Of a stretch of DNA of 64,000 nt, positions 37,717-47,401 are shown one piece after another. The DNA comes from an uncultured Candidatus Saccharibacteria bacterium (GTDB lineage: Bacteria > Patescibacteriota > Minisyncoccia > Portnoybacterales > UBA2143). The translations under genes and the position numbers were made by a program. The stretch covers positions 726 to 64,725 of the forward strand of contig CAYQQO010000002.1 in the NCBI GenBank assembly GCA_964420115.1, written 5' to 3'. Numbering within the stretch: the first letter of the stretch is position 1; each line of letters begins with the position of its first letter. The notes under the pieces are model-generated. The model saw nothing but the letters and a program-made list of their open reading frames with translations, was not told the origin of the DNA and did not search any database.

Positions 37717-38166
37717 ATGACTAACGAAAAAAAGCTCGAAGAGGGCGAATCTAAGGAGGAGAAAAAAGAAGAAAAAAAGGAAGTGCCGGCTAAATTTAAA
37801 GATTTGGTTGAGCAGGTTGAAAAGCTTTCCGTGGCTGATTTAGCTGAATTGATCCAAGCCCTAAAAGACAGGTTTGGCGTCAGCGCTATGCCGGTTGCCG
37901 CGCCAGCGGCAGAGGGAGCGCAGGCCGGAGAAGAGAGTGGAGCAACTGAAGAAAAAACCTCTTTTGATGTGGAGTTGACCGGAACAGGCGATCAAAAAAT
38001 CGCTGTTATTAAAGTTGTTAAGGAAATTACTGGCCAAGGTCTTAAAGAAGCCAAAGATTTAGTTGACGGCGCTCCTAATGTGGTTAAATCAGGAGTTAAA
38101 AAAGAAGAGGCAGAGGAGATTAAAAAGAAACTGGAAGAAGCTGGAGCGGCAGTAGAGCTTAAGTAA
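37717..38166 (+). CDS. rplL: 50S ribosomal protein L7/L12
   Basis: Ala-rich hinge and the C-terminal domain [13 protein letters not shown]...[10 protein letters not shown]. Confidence 0.9.
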   Translation: MTNEKKLEEGESKEEKKEEKKEVPAKFKDLVEQVEKLSVADLAELIQALKDRFGVSAMPVAAPAAEGAQAGEESGATEEKTSFDVELTGTGDQKIAVIKVVKEITGQGLKEAKDLVDGAPNVVKSGVKKEEAEEIKKKLEEAGAAVELK

Positions 38167-38204
38167 AAGCTGGAGGGGGTGAAAATTAATGGAGGGGGAC
38201 AATT

Positions 38205-38780
38205 ATGGTCAAAGAAATATTAGAACAGCTCTTTGACTCGCCAGTCAAAGTTCGCTTACTCAAGCTTTTTTTACGTAATCCTGACCAGTCATTCAACTTA
38301 GGGGAAGCAAGTAAAAAAACAAATACAGACACTATCTCATGCCGTCGGCAGATAAGTAAATTAGAAAGCATTAAGTTGATTGATAGCAGGATTAAGGGGG
38401 GTAAGAAGCATTATAGAATTAATCCAGCATTTGACTTCTATAGCGAACTGCGGACACTTGTTCTTAAATCCAGTCCGGCTTCAAAACAAAAAATATTTAA
38501 ACGCCTTAAATCTTTAGGCAGAATTAAGCTGGCAATACTTTCTGGTATTTTTGTAAATGCTGATAACACACGGGTAGATTTTTTAATTGTTGGCGACGGC
38601 ATCAAAAAGAACCAACTGTCAAAATTCCTAAAAGATTTAGAAGCGGAAGCAGGCAAAGAAATCGATTATGTTGTTATGCCAACCAAGGATTTTGCTTACC
38701 GATACGACATGTTTGACAGATTTATAAGAGATGTTTTGGAAAAGCCGCACGAAAAACTTATTAATAAATTAAAGGTCTAA
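38205..38780 (+). CDS. hypothetical protein with N-terminal winged-helix-like region
   Basis: VKVRLLKLFLRNPDQSFNLGEASKKTNTDTISCRRQISKLESIKLI resembles an ArsR/wHTH fold; the C-terminal half is unassigned. Confidence 0.35.
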   Translation: MVKEILEQLFDSPVKVRLLKLFLRNPDQSFNLGEASKKTNTDTISCRRQISKLESIKLIDSRIKGGKKHYRINPAFDFYSELRTLVLKSSPASKQKIFKRLKSLGRIKLAILSGIFVNADNTRVDFLIVGDGIKKNQLSKFLKDLEAEAGKEIDYVVMPTKDFAYRYDMFDRFIRDVLEKPHEKLINKLKV

Positions 38781-38781
38781 T

Positions 38782-38854
38782 GGGCGCATAGCTCAGGGGT
38801 TAGAGCACTATCTTCACACGATAGGGGTCTCTGGTTCGAATCCAGATGCGCCCA
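38782..38854 (+). tRNA. tRNA-Val (anticodon CAC)
   Basis: Acceptor GGGCGCA/TGCGCCC, D-arm GCTC-AGGGGTTA-GAGC, anticodon stem CTATC/GATAG with loop TTCACAC, T-loop GGTTCGAATCC. Starts 2 nt after the upstream stop codon. Confidence 0.8.
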
Positions 38855-38867
38855 TTGATGTCTTTTT

Positions 38868-39308
38868 ATGATTGCATCTACTCACATGCTGGTTGGTGCG
38901 GCGATAGGCACCCAAACGCCGCATGCTTGGCTGGCTTTTATTTTCGGGATAATCAGTCATTATTTTTTTGATTTAATGCCTCATTGGGATTATCTCTCGG
39001 AAAAAAGGTCAATAGGAACCAATGATTATGTTAAAATGCTTGTTGATTTAAGTTTGGGGTCAACAATGGTTATAATGCTGGCTCGGTCTCATCCAGCTAG
39101 TTTTTTTGTTATGTTAATCGGCGCCTTTGGAGCGATACTGCCTGATTGTTTGGAGCTGGCTCGTCGTGTTTTTAAAATTAAATGGCTTTTGCCTTTTTGG
39201 TATTTCCATAGATATATTCATCATTTCAAGGATCTTTCTTTTAAAAGAGGGATTCCTGCAACAATCGTTTCTTCAGCAGCGGCTTTAATAGTTCTTCTAT
39301 TGTTATGA
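38868..39308 (+). CDS. membrane-bound metal-dependent hydrolase, DUF457/YdjM-like
   Basis: MIASTHMLVGAAIG...HYFFDLMPHWDY: His-rich N-terminal pattern of the YdjM family. Confidence 0.5.
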   Translation: MIASTHMLVGAAIGTQTPHAWLAFIFGIISHYFFDLMPHWDYLSEKRSIGTNDYVKMLVDLSLGSTMVIMLARSHPASFFVMLIGAFGAILPDCLELARRVFKIKWLLPFWYFHRYIHHFKDLSFKRGIPATIVSSAAALIVLLLL

Positions 39309-40366
39309 AAATAAAGAAGTCTTTTTTGGTCCTTTTCTTTTCACTTCTTGGAATTCTAATTTTTATTTTTGTTATTAAGCAGGTTGGTTGGAGAAGCGTA
39401 TGGGGCGCTCTGTCGCTTTTATCATTTTGGGAATTAATAACCGTTTTAGTTGTCGGCTTAGCCGGCTTTTTGTTTTCTGTTTTACGCTGGAGAGAAATAC
39501 TGGAAAGTCAGTATAACAAAAAAGTTCCTTTCAGTTTGCTTTTTAGGGCTCACACAGTCGGGTTTTCTTTAGGTTATTTAACTCCTTCTGCTTATTTCGG
39601 CGGAGAGCCGCTTAAAGCAATAATATTAAAAGAAGAAACTGATATTGATTGGGAAAGAAATATTTTTTCTGTTATTGTGGATAGAGTTTTAGAATTGATT
39701 ATCAATGCTTTAGTGGTTCTTGTCGGTATTGTTTATCTTTTTGTTTTTTTTGATTTTTCTTTTTGGATAAGCTTAACCCTAATAGCCATACTTGTTTTTG
39801 TTATTTTTCTAATCGGCTTTTTTTTGTATCGCTCTATTGATTTCAAAGAAAAACCAAGTCATGGGTTCTTTACTGTTTTTATTAAATCTTTCTGGCCGAA
39901 AAAAGTCAAAAGAATTGGCGGGGTAGTTGAAAATATTGAAAAAATAGACAGCCGTATTATTTATTTCTTTTCTCATCAGGTAAAATATTTAACAATATCT
40001 ATCGTCTATGGCTTGATTAGTAGGGGGCTGTCTATTTTTTCATCCTGGCTTATTATTTTTTTTATAGGAGTCCATATTACCATACTTCAGCTTTTTGGCT
40101 TTATAGCTTTAACCGCTGTTGTTTATTTTCTTCCTATCCCGGGGGGTTTGGGCGCTCATGAGGCGTCACAGGCAGTAATTTTTAGCGCCTTTGGCTTGGG
40201 GGATTATATGGGCATTGCTTTCAGCTTGGTTTTAAGAGTTATATTTTTATTAGCTTCAGCCATCGGCTTGATTATCTTGCTTTATACTCAAATAAAAAGA
40301 TGGGGTAGAAAATTAGTTAATTTTTCAGAAAAATGGCCTAATAAACTAAATAACCGGCTAAATTAA
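39305..40366 (+). CDS. flippase-like (UPF0104/lysylphosphatidylglycerol-synthase TM region-like) membrane protein
   Basis: About 8 TM helices. N-terminal KQVGWRSVWGALSLLSFWELI..RWREIL is characteristic of the UPF0104 family. Confidence 0.5.
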   Translation: MKIKKSFLVLFFSLLGILIFIFVIKQVGWRSVWGALSLLSFWELITVLVVGLAGFLFSVLRWREILESQYNKKVPFSLLFRAHTVGFSLGYLTPSAYFGGEPLKAIILKEETDIDWERNIFSVIVDRVLELIINALVVLVGIVYLFVFFDFSFWISLTLIAILVFVIFLIGFFLYRSIDFKEKPSHGFFTVFIKSFWPKKVKRIGGVVENIEKIDSRIIYFFSHQVKYLTISIVYGLISRGLSIFSSWLIIFFIGVHITILQLFGFIALTAVVYFLPIPGGLGAHEASQAVIFSAFGLGDYMGIAFSLVLRVIFLLASAIGLIILLYTQIKRWGRKLVNFSEKWPNKLNNRLN

Positions 40367-40476
40367 CTTATGTGGGGATAATTTGTGGAAAGCTGATTAT
40401 TGTTCTTTCTGATAAATGGCTTAAACAAGCCATTTTTTAATTTGTAGATTATTTTAATCAGGTAATTTTAGAGTGT

Positions 40477-40560
40477 TTGACAGGGGGTCTTTGGTGGAAT
40501 ATAATAGAGGCGAAGTAGATAAATGTGGATAAATGTGGGGATAAATATTCAAATCTGTGG
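40477..40560 (+). promoter_or_regulatory. mraZ promoter (TTGACA-N17-TATAAT) plus downstream AAATGTGG direct repeats (putative MraZ operator; DnaA-box-like)
   Basis: TTGACA 40477-40482, a 17-nt spacer, TATAAT 40500-40505. GTGG repeats at 40525, 40535 (10-bp spacing) and 40557. TGTGGATAA at 40524-40532 equals the reverse complement of the DnaA-box consensus. Confidence 0.5.
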
Positions 40561-40571
40561 AAAACTAAATT

Positions 40572-41003
40572 ATGTTTATCGGTGAATATTTTCATACTAT
40601 AGACGCTAAAAAAAGATTAGCTATTCCGGTTAAGTTTCGTAAGGACTTGGGCAAGAAAGCTGTTTTAACCAGAGGGCTGGATAACTGCCTCTATCTTTAC
40701 CCGATGGATGAATGGGAGAAGCTGGCTCAAAAATTAGCCCGATTGCCAATAAGCCGTTCTGATAGCCGTGCTTTTTCTAGATTAATGTTGGCTGGCGCCA
40801 TGGATGTTTCTTTGGATAGTTTAGGAAGAGTTTTGGTGCCTGATTATTTAAAAGAATATGCCGCTTTGAATAAAAAGATAGTTGTTGCCGGGTTGTATAA
40901 CCGGATAGAAATTTGGGATGAAAACAAATGGCAGGTATATAAAAAGCAAACAAGCAGCAAGGTGGAAGATATTGCCGAGAAGATGAATGAATTGGGAATT
41001 TAA
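40572..41003 (+). CDS. mraZ: transcriptional regulator MraZ
   Basis: MFIGEYFHTIDAKKRLAIPVKFRK... with duplicated SpoVT/AbrB-like halves; it is the first gene of the dcw cluster. Confidence 0.9.
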   Translation: MFIGEYFHTIDAKKRLAIPVKFRKDLGKKAVLTRGLDNCLYLYPMDEWEKLAQKLARLPISRSDSRAFSRLMLAGAMDVSLDSLGRVLVPDYLKEYAALNKKIVVAGLYNRIEIWDENKWQVYKKQTSSKVEDIAEKMNELGI

Positions 41004-41004
41004 A

Positions 41005-41892
41005 ATGGTCCACCAGCCAGTTCTTATAAAAGAAGTTTTAAAATATTTAGAGCCAAAAACAGGAGAAAAATATATTGATTGCACAGCTGGACTTGGCGGG
41101 CACACTATAGCCATCGCTCAAAAAATTGTTCCTGACGGGAAAATACTGGGCATTGAAAAAGACAGCCAAGCTTTTGAAAAATTAAAATCTCAAGTTTCTG
41201 CCTCTGGTTTTGGGGAAAATATTGTTTTGGCAGAGGGGAGCTTTACTAATTTAAAAGAATTAGCCGAGAAAAATAATTTTAACGAGGTTAGCGGAATCCT
41301 TTTTGATTTAGGCATTTCTTCATGGCAGATAGAAAAAAGCGGACGCGGCTTTTCTTTTTTAAGGGACGAACCGCTTGATATGCGTTTTTCTGGGGAAGGA
41401 ATAAAAGCTGAAGATATTGTCAATAAATGGCCTCAAGAAGAATTGGCTAGAATCTTTAAAGGATATGGAGAGGAAAGATATGCCGTTAAAGTTGCCAGAG
41501 CGATATGTCGAGAAAGAAAGCAAGCGGGCATTAAGAAAACAAACCAGTTGGTTGAGATTATTAGAAAAGCGGTGCCGGGAGAATATCGCCATCGGCGGAT
41601 ACATTTTGCGACAAAAACATTTCAGGCCTTGCGCATGGCTGTAAACAACGAATTAGCCATTATCAAAAAAGCTCTGCCTCAAACTTTAAAAATATTAAAG
41701 CCGAAAGGCAAAGTAGTAATAATTTCCTTTCATTCATTGGAAGACAGGATAGCTAAAAATTTTATCCGCCAGAATAAAAATGAAGGGCAATTAGAAATAA
41801 TAACCAAAAAACCGATTAGGCCGGCTGAAGAGGAGATTTTCTTAAATTTCCGCAGTCGCAGCGCCAAACTGAGAGTCGGTAAAAAGATATGA
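41005..41892 (+). CDS. rsmH: 16S rRNA (cytosine1402-N4)-methyltransferase
   Basis: HQPVLIKEVLKYL...YIDCTAGLGGHT SAM motif. Start taken at ATG 41005 (the ORF track begins 40987, inside mraZ). Confidence 0.85.
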   Translation: MVHQPVLIKEVLKYLEPKTGEKYIDCTAGLGGHTIAIAQKIVPDGKILGIEKDSQAFEKLKSQVSASGFGENIVLAEGSFTNLKELAEKNNFNEVSGILFDLGISSWQIEKSGRGFSFLRDEPLDMRFSGEGIKAEDIVNKWPQEELARIFKGYGEERYAVKVARAICRERKQAGIKKTNQLVEIIRKAVPGEYRHRRIHFATKTFQALRMAVNNELAIIKKALPQTLKILKPKGKVVIISFHSLEDRIAKNFIRQNKNEGQLEIITKKPIRPAEEEIFLNFRSRSAKLRVGKKI

Positions 41893-42218
41893 CCAGTTAT
41901 ATAAAATCAAAGAAACCAGACAGAATGAGCCATAGCCGCGGCTTGGCCATTTTAAGCATTTTGATTGTTTTTTCTGTTGTTTTGGTCTTTTTTCTCTATT
42001 TAATTCAGGCAAATTCATTGGTTGGAGCCCGTTATAAAATTAGTGAAAAGCAAGAGCGCTTAGATGAATTAAAGGGAATAAACAGGCAAATGGAAATGAA
42101 TATAGCCAAGTGGCGTTCGCCGGGCAATTTAGAAGGGTTAGTAGAACCGTTGGGGATGGTAGAAGTTGATAAAATAACTTATCTGGAAGAAGATAAAGCT
42201 ATGGTAGCAAAGAAATAA
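41889..42218 (+). CDS. ftsL: cell division protein FtsL-like (small bitopic coiled-coil protein)
   Basis: 109 aa with a single TM helix then a coiled coil; position between rsmH and ftsI. Confidence 0.5.
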   Translation: MTSYIKSKKPDRMSHSRGLAILSILIVFSVVLVFFLYLIQANSLVGARYKISEKQERLDELKGINRQMEMNIAKWRSPGNLEGLVEPLGMVEVDKITYLEEDKAMVAKK

Positions 42219-42224
42219 CCCCCT

Positions 42225-43946
42225 ATGACTGGTTGGCGTATTCAAGCAGTAATAATAGTTATCTTTTTAATAGGAAGCGGGATTTTAGCCCGCTTATTTT
42301 CTATCCAAATTTTACAATATGACTATTATTATGCTTTTGCCCAGGACCAGCATCAGCTTTATGAAAAACTTTTTCCAAAAAGAGGGGAAATATATATCCA
42401 TGATTTATCAGCTAATACCAGAACAGAAGAAAACCCTTATTCTCCCTTAGCGGTTAACAGGGAATTTTATCAGGTCTATCTTGTGCCGCGCGATATTAAG
42501 CAAGAGGATAAAAGTGGATTAGCTGATAGGCTGTCTTCTCTTTTAGAGGTAAAAAAAGAAATAATTTTAGAAAGGATGGATAAGTCCGATGATCCGTATG
42601 AGCCGCTTAAACATAAAATTAGCGACGAGACAGCTAACGAGATAAGAAAAATAGACATAAAGGGAGTAGGTCTGGCTCCGGAAACATGGCGATATTATCC
42701 CCATGAAGAATTGGGCTGTCATTTGACGGGCTTTGTCGGCATAACGGAAAATGGCAAAATGGGCCAGTATGGCCTGGAGGGCTATTATGAGGAGACATTA
42801 AAAGGGGAATCTGGCTTTTTATCGGGGCAGAAAGATACAAGCGGCAATTGGATACCTTCGCTTATTCAAAAAATAGATTCGGCTGAAGACGGCTCTGATC
42901 TTGTTTTAACCATTGACCAAAATATCCAATTCAGAGCAGAAAAAGAACTAAAAAGTTTAGTGGAAAAGTGGCAGCCGGAAAACGGAACAATAATTATAAT
43001 GGAGCCGAAAACCGGAGCTGTCAGGGCAATGGCTAATTATCCTTGTTTTAACCCCAATGAATACAACAAGGTAGAAGATATTGATGTTTTTCTAAATCCA
43101 GCCATTCATAAAGTTTATGAGCCCGGCTCTGTTTTCAAGCCAATCACCATAGCCGCCGGACTGGACAGCAATAAAATTTCTTCCCAGACAACGTATAATG
43201 ACAGCGGTCAGACAGTGATAAGGGAGACAATAATAAGGAATTCTGATAATAATACTTACGGTGAGCAGACAATGACTGAAGTGTTGGAAAAATCTATTAA
43301 TACCGGAGCTGTTTTTGTCCAGCAAACAATTGGTCAGAAAATTTTTTCCGACTATATTGAAAAATTTTATTTTCATATCCCGACCGGTATAGATTTAGCC
43401 AGCGAAACAGTCGGTGATATTTCCAATCTTTATACTGGCAGAGAAATAAATTTAGCGACTATTTCTTTTGGTCAAGGAGTGACGGTGACTCCTATGGGGA
43501 TGCTTTCGGCCTTGTCAGCCATTGCCAACCAAGGTAGAATGATGCGGCCGTATATAGTTGATAAAATAGTTAAACCAGAGGGAGAAGAAATAAAAACAGA
43601 GCCGCAATTAATAAATCAAGTAATATCAAAAGAATCTTCTGAAGAATTATCTCAAATGTTGGTTAGTGTCACTGAAAATGGTTTTGGCAAACCGGTCCGT
43701 ATAAGTGGTTATTCAATAGCCAGTAAAACAGGGACAGCCCAAATACCTGATTTTGAAAAAGGGGGGTATACAGACCAAACAGCCCAGACCCTTATTGGCT
43801 TTGCTCCGGCCTTTGATCCAAAGTTCGCTATTTTAATTAAATTAGAAAAACCGCAAGGGGTTCGCTTTGCCAGTGTTTCAATTAGCCCTGCCTTCAAAAG
43901 TTTAACAGAGTATTTATTAAACTATTTTGAAATTCCGCCTCAGTGA
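42225..43946 (+). CDS. ftsI: penicillin-binding protein, peptidoglycan D,D-transpeptidase (FtsI/PBP2 class)
   Basis: N-terminal TM and PBP dimerisation region. Transpeptidase motifs SVFKP (SxxK), SIN (SxN) and KTGTA (KTG). Confidence 0.8.
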   Translation: MTGWRIQAVIIVIFLIGSGILARLFSIQILQYDYYYAFAQDQHQLYEKLFPKRGEIYIHDLSANTRTEENPYSPLAVNREFYQVYLVPRDIKQEDKSGLADRLSSLLEVKKEIILERMDKSDDPYEPLKHKISDETANEIRKIDIKGVGLAPETWRYYPHEELGCHLTGFVGITENGKMGQYGLEGYYEETLKGESGFLSGQKDTSGNWIPSLIQKIDSAEDGSDLVLTIDQNIQFRAEKELKSLVEKWQPENGTIIIMEPKTGAVRAMANYPCFNPNEYNKVEDIDVFLNPAIHKVYEPGSVFKPITIAAGLDSNKISSQTTYNDSGQTVIRETIIRNSDNNTYGEQTMTEVLEKSINTGAVFVQQTIGQKIFSDYIEKFYFHIPTGIDLASETVGDISNLYTGREINLATISFGQGVTVTPMGMLSALSAIANQGRMMRPYIVDKIVKPEGEEIKTEPQLINQVISKESSEELSQMLVSVTENGFGKPVRISGYSIASKTGTAQIPDFEKGGYTDQTAQTLIGFAPAFDPKFAILIKLEKPQGVRFASVSISPAFKSLTEYLLNYFEIPPQ

Positions 43947-45240
43947 TATGAAGATGAGAAAAATACTGCAATACATTTTAAAAATATTAGCCAAACTGGT
44001 TTTATTAAGGCATAAGCCGGTTGTTGTCGCTGTGACAGGCAGTGTTGGCAAAACAACCACCAAGGAAGCTATTTATTACGTCTTAAGAAAACAATTTCTG
44101 GTTCGCAGAAATTTAAAGAATTATAATAATGAAATAGGCGTTCCTTTGACAATTTTAGGGTCATATTCATCACCTGAAACTCTTTTTAGTCATATTTTCA
44201 GCTGGCTTAAAATATTTTTTAAAGCAATACTAACTATTATTAAAGATAAAAAATACCCTGAAATTCTAATTTTAGAGATGGGCGTTTCCAAGCCGGGGGA
44301 TATGGAATACTTACTAAGTTTTGTTCCGGTAAAAGTCGGTATTTTTACAGCTATTGGTCAATTCCCGAGTCATATAGAGTTTTTTCCGGAGAAAGGCAGG
44401 TTAGTTCAGGAAAAAGCCCTTTTAATTAAATTAATTCCTAAAAACGGCTTGGCTGTTTTAAACTACGACGACTTATCAGTCAGGAGCGCAGGCGAAGAGC
44501 TGCCTGAAAAGATTAAAAAGATTTTTTATGGCTTCGGTTCGGGCGCTGATTTGCGGATAATGAATTATGAAATGAAAACAGATGATTTTATGGGCGGTGA
44601 TTTTGGTATTAATTTTAAATTAGACCGCAAAGGCAGCGTCGTACCTGTTTTTTTAAATAAAATTCTGGGCGAGCAATATGCTTTTGCTTCTGCGGCGGCT
44701 GCCTCTGTTGGGCTTTTTTTCGGCCTTAATTTAGTGGAAATATCAACCGCCTTGAGAAAATACCGCGTTTTACCGGGCCGAACAAAAATTATTAAAGGCA
44801 TTAAAGAGACGCGTATTATCGACGATAGCTATAATGCCGCTCCTTCTTCTACTATTGCCGCTATGGGAATTTTAAAAAAACTGCCCCTAAAAGATCCTTC
44901 TAGCAGAAAAATAGCTGCTTTGGGTGATATGCTGGAATTAGGGGAAGACACAGAAGCGGCTCATTGCTTAGTTGGCCAGAAAGCCGCAAAATCTGTTAAT
45001 TTACTTTTTACAGTTGGCGAGAGAGCGCGCTTTATCGCTAACGAAGCAGAAAAGAACGGCTTGCCAAAAAAGAATATTTATAGTTTTTCCACCTCCAAAG
45101 AAGCGGCTTTATCTTTACAGAAAAAGTTAAATAAAGGGGACATTATTTTAGTTAAAGGGTCAAGGGGGATGAAAATGGAAGAGATAACAAGAGAAATTAT
45201 GAGCCGGCCGGAAAAAGCAAAAAAGCTGCTTGTTTCTTAA
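43927..45240 (+). CDS. murF: Mur ligase family protein, probable UDP-MurNAc-tripeptide--D-Ala-D-Ala ligase
   Basis: P-loop VAVTGSVGKTTTKE and a Mur ligase middle/C-terminal domain pattern. dcw-cluster position after ftsI. MurE cannot be excluded. Confidence 0.6.
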   Translation: MKFRLSDMKMRKILQYILKILAKLVLLRHKPVVVAVTGSVGKTTTKEAIYYVLRKQFLVRRNLKNYNNEIGVPLTILGSYSSPETLFSHIFSWLKIFFKAILTIIKDKKYPEILILEMGVSKPGDMEYLLSFVPVKVGIFTAIGQFPSHIEFFPEKGRLVQEKALLIKLIPKNGLAVLNYDDLSVRSAGEELPEKIKKIFYGFGSGADLRIMNYEMKTDDFMGGDFGINFKLDRKGSVVPVFLNKILGEQYAFASAAAASVGLFFGLNLVEISTALRKYRVLPGRTKIIKGIKETRIIDDSYNAAPSSTIAAMGILKKLPLKDPSSRKIAALGDMLELGEDTEAAHCLVGQKAAKSVNLLFTVGERARFIANEAEKNGLPKKNIYSFSTSKEAALSLQKKLNKGDIILVKGSRGMKMEEITREIMSRPEKAKKLLVS

Positions 45241-45281
45241 AATAGACAAATCTGGCCGATTATGGTAAGCTTATTTTAAAC

Positions 45282-45354
45282 GGCCCCATCGTCTAGTGGC
45301 CCAGGACATCGCTTTCTCAAGGCGAAAACCGGGGTTCGATTCCCCGTGGGGCTG
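45282..45354 (+). tRNA. tRNA-Glu (anticodon CTC)
   Basis: D-loop GTCTAGTGGCCCAGGAC is diagnostic of tRNA-Glu. Anticodon stem TCGCT/GGCGA with loop TTCTCAA. Acceptor GGCCCCA/TGGGGCT. Confidence 0.8.
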
Positions 45355-45493
45355 CATAATTATCAGTCTAAATCACTGTCTGCCTTCAAGTAAGCATGAT
45401 TCAGCAACGCGATTATGCCCGCCAAAGGCGGATACTCAAATCTCTGGCTAAATCAAAGATTTAGAAAGATTTGGTGAAAGGGGGTGAGAATCG

Positions 45494-45751
45494 ATGGAAG
45501 AAAAACTAATAGGCAAAATTACTCATTACTTCACTAACATTGGAGTGGCTGTGCTTGAAATTACCCAGGGGGATTTAAAAGTGGGGGATAAAATTCATAT
45601 AAAAGGAGCAACCAGCGACTTTGAACAAAAAATCAATTCAATGCAGATTGAACATGAAAAAATTGATAAGGCAAAAAAGGGGCAGGCGATAGGGCTGAAA
45701 GTGGAACAGCAAGCCAGAGAAGGCGATGAAGTTTATAGGGTTGCTGAATAA
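45494..45751 (+). CDS. hypothetical small beta-rich protein
   Basis: 85-aa ORF with a GGGGTGAGAATCG ATG RBS-like context. Confidence 0.3.
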   Translation: MEEKLIGKITHYFTNIGVAVLEITQGDLKVGDKIHIKGATSDFEQKINSMQIEHEKIDKAKKGQAIGLKVEQQAREGDEVYRVAE

Positions 45752-45820
45752 ATCCTTCTTTGTTAATATATAAAGGTTGATATATAAAATTTAAAAATTA
45801 GGTCATTATCTCGGGCTTGT

Positions 45821-46636
45821 TTGTTCGGGGGAAATATTTTTTATAGCATTATGACAAAAACAATTGTTTTGTCGCTGATTATTGGTTTGCTGATCGGGCT
45901 TTTACCGGCTGTTGCTTTAATGCAGAGTCAAGAGCAGGCAAAGCAAAAGTGGCAAAACGCTCTTCAATCGCGGCAGACAGCCGCTAATAAATATCAGCAG
46001 GACAGAGGGAATTATCTTAGCAACAGATCGCCGGCCAACGAGCAAAAATACATTAATTCTGCCAAAAAAATGTTTTTAGCCGCTTTAGACGAAGCCGAAG
46101 CGTGGTTGGAGTGGAGAAAAACCGCTGACCAAGCCAACTCGGAAATTCCTGATAATATAAAGGAAAGCATTAAGAATGCCGTTGACGCTAATCTGGCTAA
46201 AATTGATCCGCTTAGAGTTGAAGTAAGAGAAGTAACTTCTCAACTGGAGGGACAAGCTGTCTTTTTAAGAATGCTTTCCAGATGGACAGAATTATTGGCT
46301 GATGTAGCCAGAAATACCGGCTATCTTTGGGTTTACCAAGTGGAACAAAGAATAGAAACAACCGAGAGATATGAGTCTCAACTAAGAGAAAAGGTTAAAT
46401 ATTCTCCAAACAAGAGCGATTTGATAAATAAGCTTAATTTGGCAAAAAACGAGATAGCCAGCGCCAAAAACAATGTTAGTTTGGCCAACACCGCTTACAA
46501 TTTAGTCGTAATGGGAGGCATCCCCTTAATACCGATTACAAAATTTGTTGAAGGAAACGATTATTTGCGTCAGGCAAAACTTAATCTGCTTAACGCTCAC
46601 AGCCAGCTAGAATTTGTCTATAATGCAACCTTATAA
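45821..46636 (+). CDS. hypothetical membrane-anchored coiled-coil protein
   Basis: N-terminal TM helix followed by a helical region rich in Q, A and K. Confidence 0.35.
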   Translation: MFGGNIFYSIMTKTIVLSLIIGLLIGLLPAVALMQSQEQAKQKWQNALQSRQTAANKYQQDRGNYLSNRSPANEQKYINSAKKMFLAALDEAEAWLEWRKTADQANSEIPDNIKESIKNAVDANLAKIDPLRVEVREVTSQLEGQAVFLRMLSRWTELLADVARNTGYLWVYQVEQRIETTERYESQLREKVKYSPNKSDLINKLNLAKNEIASAKNNVSLANTAYNLVVMGGIPLIPITKFVEGNDYLRQAKLNLLNAHSQLEFVYNATL

Positions 46637-46670
46637 AATTTCACCAGGCCCGTCCTCGCAATAATAAAAT

Positions 46671-46883
46671 ATGAAAAAAATATTAATAATTATTGGCTTA
46701 ATAATATTGGCGGTAGTTATCGCCGCCTTAGTAAAAAAATACGAACCAACCGAGAGTTTTTTGGACTCCGACAGTTCTAATAGAAAAAAAGAAGAAACAG
46801 AGGAAGTCAGCCAAGAGGGACTCAACCAATTAAAAGCTAATATAGAGGAGTTGGAATTTGAAGATGTTCCTCCCTTAGAATAA
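46671..46883 (+). CDS. small membrane protein, hypothetical
   Basis: 70 aa: signal/TM helix then an acidic tail. Confidence 0.3.
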   Translation: MKKILIIIGLIILAVVIAALVKKYEPTESFLDSDSSNRKKEETEEVSQEGLNQLKANIEELEFEDVPPLE

Positions 46884-47047
46884 GCTTATCCGAAAGACAA
46901 ATTTTTACAAAGAGCTATTTTTTTAAAAAAAATATACGGACAAAAAAAAACCGAAACAACAAACGAAGAAAGCCGTTCCTTAGAAATGCCCTTAATGGGC
47001 AAAAAAGATGTTTTTTTTTTAAGAAGGAAGAGAATCTTGTCAATCTT

Positions 47048-47248
47048 TTGGAAGGGATGGGCATGAATGAATATGTCCGAGTGGAAAAATCATTGGATAA
47101 ACCAGTTCTTTTAAAGCGACTGGAAGAAGATGAAAAATTAATGGACAAAACAGAGGCGACAATAGAACAACATGAATTTTTCTATGTCCAGCCGGCCAAG
47201 GCAAAGTTTGTCAAAAAGGAGGTTGAAGAACTGAAAAAAGTTCTTTAA
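47048..47248 (+). CDS. hypothetical small protein
   Basis: 66-aa charged ORF. Confidence 0.3.
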   Translation: MEGMGMNEYVRVEKSLDKPVLLKRLEEDEKLMDKTEATIEQHEFFYVQPAKAKFVKKEVEELKKVL

Positions 47249-47266
47249 AAAAACAATTGGCAGCTG

Positions 47267-47352
47267 CCCCGCCTTATCAATATTTTTTTTGACTGTCTCT
47301 CGGGGCCGAGATACATCAGAAATTTGTTTGTGTAAGGCGGGGTTTTTCTTTT
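47267..47352 (+). terminator. long structured element: 10-bp perfect inverted repeat (CCCCGCCTTA...TAAGGCGGGG) with T-run; terminator and/or regulatory leader
   Basis: Read directly. An inner hairpin TCTCG-gggc-CGAGA and an adjacent palindrome GGCAGCTGCC. It is followed by a promoter-like TTGTTG...TAGAAT before the ATPase start. Confidence 0.4.
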
Positions 47353-47401
47353 GTTGGTAAATGTTGTAAAATAGAATTAGAATAACTAATTCTGTTTTTT
47401 T

